From: Myxococcota bacterium
Lineage (GTDB): Bacteria; Myxococcota_A; Polyangia; Polyangiales; Sandaracinaceae
Direction of reading: 5' to 3'
DNA length: 20,104 nt
NCBI GenBank assembly: GCA_036149055.1
Contig: JAYZQJ010000087.1
Span: forward strand, 1 to 20,104
The stretch's first letter is position 1, and every line of letters starts with the position of its first letter. Position numbers and translations under genes: made by a program. Below the pieces are notes generated by a model that saw only the letters and a program-made list of their open reading frames with translations, was not told where the DNA came from and ran no database searches. Shown in pieces: positions 1 to 6,858 of this stretch.

Positions 1-121
1 CGTCATACCGTCATTCCGAAAGACGATATGACGACGAGCGTCCCCCGAGCAGCGGCCTCCCGAGCGGCGGCCTCACGAAAGACGATATGACGACGAGCGT
101 CCCCCGAGCGGCGGCCTCCCG
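1..121. repeat. Repeat module A: two 46-bp direct copies (17-62, 76-121) preceded by a degenerate inverted copy cut by the window edge (1-18)
   Basis: CGAAAGACGATATGACGACGAGCGTCCCCCGAGC(A/G)GCGGCCTCCCG occurs at 17-62 and 76-121 with one mismatch. Bases 1-33 fold as an imperfect hairpin (CGTCATA-c-CGTC...GACG-a-TATGACG). There is also an internal 15-bp tandem at 45-59/60-74. Confidence 0.9.
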
Positions 122-122
122 C

Positions 123-200
123 TCGGATTCGGTGTCGGACTCGGATTCGGCGTCGGACGCGGCTTCGGCGTCGGACGCGGCTTCGGGCTCGGTGTCGGGC
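123..200. repeat. Hexamer tandem array (T/G)CGGNN x13 with 18-bp super-period
   Basis: Read directly: tcggat tcggtg tcggac tcggat tcggcg tcggac gcggct tcggcg tcggac gcggct tcgggc tcggtg tcgggc. Confidence 0.9.
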
Positions 201-297
201 CCGAGTTCGATGGTTTGAATAGGATCGTCCCCGGTACCGGGGACCCTGTCCCGAGTTCGATGGTTTGAATAGGATCGTCCCCGGTACCGGGGGACCC
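200..297. repeat. Repeat module C: tandem duplication with 50-bp period, each unit ending in a palindrome
   Basis: 200-242 is identical to 250-292 (CCCGAGTTCGATGGTTTGAATAGGATCGTCCCCGGTACCGGGG). A perfect 18-bp palindrome GTCCCCGGTACCGGGGAC lies at 227-244; the second copy has one extra G. Confidence 0.92.
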
Positions 298-300
298 AGC

Positions 301-470
301 CTCTGCGTCTCTGCGCCTCTGCGAGAGATAATTTGCCCCCGAAGCCCGCCAGCGCGAGGCGCGGAGGAGGCGCGGGCGCGGTAGAGGCCGGCCCACCGCC
401 ATCCCGCTGCCACCCCACCCCTTGGCGGCTTTGCGTCTTTGCGAGAGATAATTTGCCCCCGAAGCCCGCC
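301..470. repeat. Repeat module D: two copies (301-350, 421-470) of a triple 8-mer CTYKGCGN followed by GAGATAATTTGCCCCCGAAGCCCGCC
   Basis: 320-350 is identical to 440-470 (31 bp, 120-bp period). The octamers read ctctgcgt/ctctgcgc/ctctgcga and cttggcgg/ctttgcgt/ctttgcga. Confidence 0.9.
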
Positions 471-486
471 GCCCGAAAGGCGGGGG

Positions 487-2631
487 TCAGGGGGTGTAGT
501 CGACGACGGAGCGGAGGAGGTCGGGGGTGAGGGCGTAGACGACGTCGAGCCCGGCGCGGTGCAGGGGGACGAGGGTCTGGCCGTCGACGTCGGTGTCGGC
601 GCCGATGGAGAGCGTGATCGGGTCGCCGGCGCGCGGGGTGGCGACCACGCGGAGGCGGGGGGCGGTGAGGCCGAGGCTCCCGTCGGGGGCGCCGTAGCGG
701 AGCACGCGGGTGGCGCGCAGGGTGGAGAGGCGGTCGAGCAGGGCGCGGGTACGATCGGCGTCGGGGGTGCCGCCGCCGGCGAGCTGCCACGAGGTGCCGT
801 CGCGCTGGAGCTCGGTGACCTCGCCGTCGCGCTCGATCCGGAGGGCGGTGAGGTCCTCCACCGGGACGGTCAGGGCGTCGAGGCTGGCCAGGGGGCGGGC
901 GAGCGCGTCGGCGAGCTCGGGGCTCACCAGGAACACCGGGCCGTCCGTGAGGCGGGCGTAGGTGCCCTCCACGGTGCGGGCGCCGAGCTGGATCGCGAGG
1001 TCGGTCGCCTCGCCCTCCTCGGGCTCGAAGTGGACGCGCACCGTGCGGGACGGGGGCGCGAGGCCGTGCTCGGGCGCGGGCGCGTCGGCGACGAAGCGCT
1101 CGGCGGTCAGGGTGGCCAGGCGGCGGGCCACGTCGCGCACGACGACGCGGTCGGCCTCCATCTCGACCGGGGCCTCGAGGCGCCAGGCGCCGCCCTCCCC
1201 GCGCACCGCGCGCTCGGTCACGCCGCCGGCGGTGCTCTCCACCCGCCGCGCGTCGCCGGACTCGGCGCTGGCCAGCGCGGTGGCGCGGAAGCGGAGCGGC
1301 TCGGGGCGGAGCAGCGCGGCCGCCTCGGCGTCGACGAGCACGTGCGCCGCCTCGTCGCCGCGGCGAACCCAGGCGCCCTCGTCGTCGACGTCGCCGAGGT
1401 GCAAGGCGAGCGCGGCCTCGTCGTCGCTGCGGTGGAAGGTCACGGTCGCGTCGCCCACGCCGTGATCGCCGGCGTCGAGCGCCTCGAAGCGTCGGACCGT
1501 CGCCGCGCGCAGGCTCCCGAGCCAGGCCGCGATCGCCGCGTCGTCCGCCGGCTGCGCGTCGCCGCCCGAGACCATCTCCCAGCTCGTCTCGCCGCGCCGC
1601 AGGGTGACCTCGCCCGCCTCGATGCGCTCGATCGCGTCGTCGCCGAGCGGGAGCAGCGCGGTCTCGCGCAGCGTCTCCGGGCGGAGCTCGAGCGCCTGCA
1701 CGTCGCTCGAGAGCACGCAGACCACGGGGCCGTCGTCTCCCGCGATCGCGTAGCGCTCGTCTTCGTGCTCGCCGCACGCCTCGCCCACGCGGAGGCGGGC
1801 GCCGTCGCCCTCGTCCTCCGTCACCCGCACCTCGCGCCAGGGCGCGTCGAGGCCGCGGGCCTCGAGCTCGTCCGCCGCCTCCGAGACGAAGCGGGTCGCG
1901 CGGAGATCGCGGATCGCCCGCACGAGCCGGTCGGCGAGCCCGTCGTCGGCGAACCCGACCACCGGCGCGCGCACGTGCCAGCGCGGGCCGGTCTTCTCGA
2001 GCTGGATCTCCGGGCCGCCGCCGGACACGGTGATCGCGGTCGCGCCCGCGCCGAAGAAGCCGGCGAACAGGTCCTTGTCGCGGAAGTGGTCGACGTCGTG
2101 GTCGATCGACTCGACGAAGTCGGTCCCCACCACGTAGGCGCGGTCTTCGCCTTCGACGGCCGCGTAGACCCCGTCGCCGGTGGGCGCCTCGCTGCCGACC
2201 CGGAGCGCGACCTCCTCGTCCATGACCCGGAAGCGGACCACGAAGCGCGGCTCGTCGAGCCCCATGCGGGCGCGGTCGTCGGGCGCGATGCCCTCGAGGG
2301 TCCGGCGCGCGTCGAGCCACTCGAGCGCGCTCAGGAAGCTGTCGACCGCGTCGTCGTCCGCCGGCGCCTCGATCGGGGCGCTCAGGGTCCAGGTGCCGAG
2401 CGAGTCGCCGAGCTCGTCGTCCTCCTCGCGCTCGCGATCGAAGACGATCGGGGCGCCGTCGCCGCGGACGAGCTCCACGTGGTCGACCCGGTCGCGCACG
2501 AAGCGGCGCAGCACCTGGCCGCTGCGGCGGGCCACGTCGGTGGTGGAGAGCGTGCCCTGCTCGTAGAGCAGGATGAAGCCGAGGAGCGCGGCGTTGAGCA
2601 CCGCGAGCACGATGGTGGTGCGCTTCGACAT
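487..2631 (-). CDS. DUF4340-type membrane-anchored extracytoplasmic protein (714 aa) with five tandem repeats; accessory to the Gld-like ABC system
   Basis: The likely start is MSKRTTIVLAVLNAALLGFILLY (ATG at 2631, overlapping the upstream TGA as TGATG). It has an N-terminal hydrophobic anchor and a repeated W-x2-3-AP-x4-AD...L-x2-L-x-A-x-R...GL-x2-P...L-x-(V/L/I)G motif. The Arg-rich N-terminal extension in the ORF track is a shadow frame. Confidence 0.8.
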   Translation of the reverse strand: MSKRTTIVLAVLNAALLGFILLYEQGTLSTTDVARRSGQVLRRFVRDRVDHVELVRGDGAPIVFDREREEDDELGDSLGTWTLSAPIEAPADDDAVDSFLSALEWLDARRTLEGIAPDDRARMGLDEPRFVVRFRVMDEEVALRVGSEAPTGDGVYAAVEGEDRAYVVGTDFVESIDHDVDHFRDKDLFAGFFGAGATAITVSGGGPEIQLEKTGPRWHVRAPVVGFADDGLADRLVRAIRDLRATRFVSEAADELEARGLDAPWREVRVTEDEGDGARLRVGEACGEHEDERYAIAGDDGPVVCVLSSDVQALELRPETLRETALLPLGDDAIERIEAGEVTLRRGETSWEMVSGGDAQPADDAAIAAWLGSLRAATVRRFEALDAGDHGVGDATVTFHRSDDEAALALHLGDVDDEGAWVRRGDEAAHVLVDAEAAALLRPEPLRFRATALASAESGDARRVESTAGGVTERAVRGEGGAWRLEAPVEMEADRVVVRDVARRLATLTAERFVADAPAPEHGLAPPSRTVRVHFEPEEGEATDLAIQLGARTVEGTYARLTDGPVFLVSPELADALARPLASLDALTVPVEDLTALRIERDGEVTELQRDGTSWQLAGGGTPDADRTRALLDRLSTLRATRVLRYGAPDGSLGLTAPRLRVVATPRAGDPITLSIGADTDVDGQTLVPLHRAGLDVVYALTPDLLRSVVDYTP

Positions 2632-4148
2632 CAGAGCCTCCGGTTCCACCACACGGCGAAGCCGAGGAAGACGAACGCGAGCGGGATGAGCACCACGACC
2701 CGGAGGAAGAGGCCGCCGACGTCCTCCTCGGTCATGCGGATCCGCTCCTGCTCGATGCTGCGCCCCTCGATCGAGATCAGCGCCTCGCGCTGGGTCAGCC
2801 AGCCGACGATCGCGGCCGCGAGGTTGGCGTTGACGATGGTGGGCTCGCCCATGAAGCGGCTCTCGAACATCGACGCGTCGCCGACGACGACCACGCGGCC
2901 GCCGACGCCCTCGCGCTCGGCCTCCTCGTCCTCGTCGGGCGTCTCGCCGGTGACCTCGACCCGCGTCGCCACGGCGAGGGAGACCGGGCCCTGGATCTCC
3001 GCCTCCTCGCGGCCGACCGGGTCGGCGCTCGCCGCGCTGAACGCGTAGGACTGCTCCGAGGTGGACACGAGGGTCGTGGCGGCGTCGCCGATCGGGCGGA
3101 CGCTCCGCGCGTCGCTCACCACCAGCGGCAGCCCGAGCCCGCGGAAGGGCTCGACCACGCGGTGCTCGCCCCAGCCGACCACGAAGTACGGGCCGACGGG
3201 GTGGCCGACCTCGGCCGGCAGGAGCGCGCCGTTCGGCTCCACCACCAGGGTGCGATCGGCGCGGACGCCGAAGTCGCGGAGCATGTCCTCGACCCCGAGC
3301 GAGACGAAGCCGGTCTGGTCGCGGTTCGGCACCGGCTCGAGCGCGACCAGGAGGTTGCCCCCGTCGCGCACGTAGCGGCGGATCACGTCGACCTCGGCCT
3401 CCGCGAGCGCGATCTGCGGGCCCATCACCGCGAGCGCGTCGCAGCGCGCGGGGACGCGGGACTGCCCCCGGGTCTCGATCGCCTCGAGCTCCACGCTGGC
3501 GCCGCGCACCTCGTCCGCGAACCCGCCGAGCGAGCGCTCCCCGCCCTCGAGCGAGAGCTCGCCGTGCCCGGTGGTGACGCACAGCGTCGTCGGGCGCTCC
3601 TGGGTGAGGTGCACGATCGCGCCGGTGAGCGCGCGCTCGGCCTGCACGTCGAGCTCGATCGTGTCCTCGTCCTCGAGCGGGTCGAAGCTCTGCCGCACGA
3701 GATCGCTGCGCTCCAGGGTGCGGTGACGCTCCCCCACCGCGGCCACCGCGACCACGTCGGTCGGGAGCCCCAGCGTCCCGACCTCGCCGGTGGCGAAGCG
3801 CTGGCTGACCTCGCGGTAGCGGCCGGGGTCGCGATCCGGGTCGACGTAGTGGACCTGGAGCTGGCCGGTCTCGGTCCGGTAGCGCTCGATCAGGTTCTGC
3901 AGATCCCGGAACGACGGGTCCTGCTCGCTCATCAGGATGTAGAGCTCGAACGGCTGGTCGAGCTCCCCGAGCACCGCCTTGGTGCGGTCCGAGAGCGTGT
4001 AGAGGTCGTGCTCGGTCCAGTCCCAGCGCTCGTAGTGACGGTACGAGAGGTAGTTCAGCTGGAAGGCCAGCCCGATGAGGAGCACGACGTTCAGCCCGGC
4101 GAAGAGCCGCTGCTGCTTGCGCTTCTCGGTGGCGCGATCCCCGCTCAT
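2631..4148 (-). CDS. GldG-family ABC transporter auxiliary (GIFT-domain-like) protein, 505 aa
   Basis: Start MSGDRATEK at 4148 (ATGA overlap with the permease stop). N-terminal TM, then the GldG-like motifs WDWT...YTLS-x2-T-x2-VL, YVDPD, TTGHGE, YVRDGGNLLV and GRVVVVGD, and a C-terminal TM ending WWNRRL. Confidence 0.85.
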   Translation of the reverse strand: MSGDRATEKRKQQRLFAGLNVVLLIGLAFQLNYLSYRHYERWDWTEHDLYTLSDRTKAVLGELDQPFELYILMSEQDPSFRDLQNLIERYRTETGQLQVHYVDPDRDPGRYREVSQRFATGEVGTLGLPTDVVAVAAVGERHRTLERSDLVRQSFDPLEDEDTIELDVQAERALTGAIVHLTQERPTTLCVTTGHGELSLEGGERSLGGFADEVRGASVELEAIETRGQSRVPARCDALAVMGPQIALAEAEVDVIRRYVRDGGNLLVALEPVPNRDQTGFVSLGVEDMLRDFGVRADRTLVVEPNGALLPAEVGHPVGPYFVVGWGEHRVVEPFRGLGLPLVVSDARSVRPIGDAATTLVSTSEQSYAFSAASADPVGREEAEIQGPVSLAVATRVEVTGETPDEDEEAEREGVGGRVVVVGDASMFESRFMGEPTIVNANLAAAIVGWLTQREALISIEGRSIEQERIRMTEEDVGGLFLRVVVLIPLAFVFLGFAVWWNRRL

Positions 4149-4891
4149 CCCTCGATCCTCCGGAGCTTCAGCGCGCCGATCGCGAAGGCCAGGGCCACCG
4201 CGGCGACGGTGGAGTCGAAGACCAGGTAGCGGGAGTCGATCACGCCGCGCGAGAACGACTCCATGTGCCCCCAGATGCTCAGGTAGGCGAAGAGGTCGCG
4301 GTTCTCGTCGGCGAGGAACTGGCCGACGCCGATGAGGAAGAGCCCGCCGAGGACGAGGAACGTGAGGATCGCGGCGACGATCGGGTTCCGGGCGAGCGCG
4401 CTCATCAGCGTGCCGAGCGCGAGGTAGTACACGCCGACGCCCAGGATGCCGAAGTAGCTCGTGGCCACGGTGCCGAGGTCGACGTGGCCGTAGACGCTCG
4501 TCAGGTAGACGTAGAGGCCGGTCGGCGCCCAGAGCGCCATCCAGAACACGATGGCCGCGAGGTACTTGCCGAGCACCACCTGGGTCTCGGTCACCGGCGC
4601 GGTCATGAGCAGCTCGATGGTGCCGCGGGCGTGCTCCTCGGCGAGGAGGCGCATCGTGATCAGCGGCACGAAGACGAGCAGCGGCAGGTAGAAGAGCGTC
4701 GTCTGACCGAAGAACATCGTCAGCGGGCTGTCCTGGGGGCCGCCGCTGAACTGCTGGCCGACGAAGTAGCTGGCGAGGAACCAGTAGGTGACGCCGCACC
4801 AGATGAGCCACGTCGTCAGCATGACGTACGCCATCGGCGACACGAACAGCGCGTAGACCTCGCGGCGGAGGATGGTCCAGGTGGCCCTCAT
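4145..4891 (-). CDS. GldF-family ABC-2 type permease, 248 aa
   Basis: About six hydrophobic segments; motifs RRE-x3-F-x-SP-x-AY, ITMRLLAEE-x3-GTIELL-x-T-x-P, VLGKY and F-x-RG-x-ID. Confidence 0.9.
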   Translation of the reverse strand: MRATWTILRREVYALFVSPMAYVMLTTWLIWCGVTYWFLASYFVGQQFSGGPQDSPLTMFFGQTTLFYLPLLVFVPLITMRLLAEEHARGTIELLMTAPVTETQVVLGKYLAAIVFWMALWAPTGLYVYLTSVYGHVDLGTVATSYFGILGVGVYYLALGTLMSALARNPIVAAILTFLVLGGLFLIGVGQFLADENRDLFAYLSIWGHMESFSRGVIDSRYLVFDSTVAAVALAFAIGALKLRRIEG

Positions 4892-5886
4892 TCCTCCTCG
4901 TCCTTCTCGTCCAGGTCGGAGTCGTCCGCGTCGGGCTCCTCCGGCTCGTCGGTGGTGAGATCGGCGAAGACGTCCTCGAGGGACGCCTCCTGGCGGCGCA
5001 GCTCGCGGAGCGTGAGGCCCGCCTTGGCGATGGCGCCGAAGACGATCTCCACCGCGTCCGGGTCTTCGGCCTCGAGGCGCGCCTGCACGATCTGATGCTC
5101 GCCGCTGCCCGAGAGCGCCTTGGGGCCGTCGATGATCTTCACCTGCGGCAGCGCGCCGAGCACGTCCTCGAAGGCGCCGCGGGCGCCCCGGCCCTCGAGT
5201 CGGATCACCTGCCGCCCCGCGATCTGTCCGCGCAGGGTCCCGGGCTCGCCCTCGGAGACCAGCTTGCCGCGGTTGATGATCAGCACGCGGTCGCAGAGCG
5301 CCTCGACCTCGGGGAGGATGTGGGTGCTCAGGAGCACGGTCTTGTTCTTCGCCAGCTCGGTGATGAGCTCGCGCACCTGCCGGATCTGGTTCGGGTCGAG
5401 CCCAGCGGTCGGCTCGTCGAGGACCAGGAGCGGCGGATCGGCGACCAGCGCGTCCGCGAGCCCCACCCGCTGCCGGTAGCCCTTCGAGAGCTGGCCGATG
5501 ATGCGGTGGGCCACGTCGGAGACCGAGGCCTGCTTCAGCGAGGACTCCACCCGGCCGGCGATCTCGCCCGAGGGAACTGCCTTCAGGGCCGCCCGGTAGC
5601 GGAGGTACTCGCCCACCCGCATCTCGGGGTAGAGCGGGCAGGCCTCCGGCATGTAGCCGAGCGCCTTCCGGGCCTCGAGCGGCTCCTCGATGGCGTCCAC
5701 GCCGCCGATCGAGATCGCCCCGCGCGTCGGCGCGAGGAAGCCCGTCAGCATGCGCAGGGTGGTGCTCTTGCCCGCCCCGTTCGGGCCGAGGAAGCCGCAG
5801 ATCTGGCCGCGGGGGACGTCGAAAGTCAGCCCTCTGACGGCCTCGTGGCTCCCGTAATGCTTCGTGAGGTCACGAACCTCGATCAC
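4888..5886 (-). CDS. GldA-like ABC transporter ATP-binding protein, 332 aa
   Basis: Walker A GPNGAGKS, signature LSKGYRQR, Walker B LLVLDEP, H-loop STH. GTG start with GGAGGG upstream; acidic C-terminal tail. Confidence 0.95.
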   Translation of the reverse strand: MIEVRDLTKHYGSHEAVRGLTFDVPRGQICGFLGPNGAGKSTTLRMLTGFLAPTRGAISIGGVDAIEEPLEARKALGYMPEACPLYPEMRVGEYLRYRAALKAVPSGEIAGRVESSLKQASVSDVAHRIIGQLSKGYRQRVGLADALVADPPLLVLDEPTAGLDPNQIRQVRELITELAKNKTVLLSTHILPEVEALCDRVLIINRGKLVSEGEPGTLRGQIAGRQVIRLEGRGARGAFEDVLGALPQVKIIDGPKALSGSGEHQIVQARLEAEDPDAVEIVFGAIAKAGLTLRELRRQEASLEDVFADLTTDEPEEPDADDSDLDEKDEEE

Positions 5887-6144
5887 GCGCGTCCCTCCCG
5901 GGTGTGGCGGGTCTAATCGCTCGGCCTGGCGGGAGCAAGCGCGATCCGGTGCAGAATTTTGACCGATCGGGGGAGCTGGGGCCTAGCTCGGCTCCATGGT
6001 CATCTTCGCGGGCGCGGTCCTGGTTCTCCTCCTCGGGCAAGATCTACTCGAGCTGGTGAATCGTAGGAGTCGCTGACAGGTCCAGATCGCTGAATGGTCG
6101 CGGCCCTCCCGGCAACGGTGCGGGGGAAGGGCACTCGTGACCGC

Positions 6145-6858
6145 ATGGTATCTTCGACCGCAGCCACCCTCCCCCTCTCCTCCCGCGACGCGGCGTCCGT
6201 CGCCGCCTCCCGGCCCCGCTCGATGGACCCGGACGCCACCCTGATCGCGAGAGCCAAGGACGGCGACACGGCGGCGTTCCGGCAGATCTTCCTGCGCCAC
6301 CGCGAGAAGGTCTCCCGCATCGTGTACCGGATGATCGGCCCCTCCCCGGACGTGGAGGACGTGGTCCAGGACGTGTTCCTGAACGTCTACCGCTCCCTGC
6401 CCTCGTTCCGCGGCGACTCCAAGTTCAGCACCTGGCTCTACCGGCTCGCGACCAACGTGACCCGGATGCACCTCCGCCGGGGCCGCTCGCGGCCGAAATT
6501 CTCGGACGTGGAGGTCCCCGAGGCGCCGTCCGACGACGCGCCCCCGCAGGTCACGCCCGACCTCCAGGTCGAGCGGGCCGAGCGGGTCCGCGCGCTCTAC
6601 CGCCTGCTCGACGAGCTGAGCGAGAAGAAGCGCGAGGTCCTGGTGCTGCACGACCTCGAGGGCGTGCCGGCCAAGGAGATCGCCGAGACCCTCGACATCC
6701 CGGTCCTGACCGTGCGGACCCGGCTCTTCTACGCGCGCAAGGACCTCTACGCGCGCCTCGCCGCCGAGCCCAGCCTCCAGGGGGTGATGGAGGCGCTGAT
6801 GGACCAGCTGCCCGGCAAGCCGAAGCGCAAGCCGAAGACCGAGAGCGCGAGCCCGTGA
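6145..6858 (+). CDS. ECF (group 4) RNA polymerase sigma-70 factor
   Basis: GD-x2-AF, region 2 (EDVVQDVFL...FRGDSKFSTWLYRLATN) and region 4 (LSEKKREVLVLHDLEG...EIAETLDIP-x2-TVRTRLFYAR). The start is uncertain: in-frame ATGs at 6094, 6145 and 6223. Confidence 0.93.
   Translation: MVSSTAATLPLSSRDAASVAASRPRSMDPDATLIARAKDGDTAAFRQIFLRHREKVSRIVYRMIGPSPDVEDVVQDVFLNVYRSLPSFRGDSKFSTWLYRLATNVTRMHLRRGRSRPKFSDVEVPEAPSDDAPPQVTPDLQVERAERVRALYRLLDELSEKKREVLVLHDLEGVPAKEIAETLDIPVLTVRTRLFYARKDLYARLAAEPSLQGVMEALMDQLPGKPKRKPKTESASP

Noticed and set aside
3..413. Short ORFs over the left repeat region (3-413, 73-402, 333-530)
   Set aside because: They translate the DNA repeats themselves (duplicated peptides, low complexity), have no recognisable domain and do not show the codon bias of the real genes.
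1..470. CRISPR array
   Set aside because: Each repeat type has only two direct copies, periods differ (59, 50, 120 bp), there are no regular unique spacers, and no cas genes are in the window.
465..484. Rho-independent terminator after the ABC operon (CCCGCC-8 nt-GGCGGG)
   Set aside because: The stem is only 6 bp with no U-tract on the minus strand. It is possible but not supportable.
11..3048. Long ORFs 11-2320 (-) and 439-3048 (+)
   Set aside because: These are Arg/Gly/Pro-rich off-frame or antisense shadows of the DUF4340-type gene, expected in very GC-rich DNA.
2632..4811. N-terminal extensions of track ORFs 487-3582 and 2631-4811, suggesting fusions or frameshifts
   Set aside because: The extensions are off-frame reads of the upstream genes. 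Internal ATGs at 2631 and 4148 overlap the upstream stops in the normal coupled manner.
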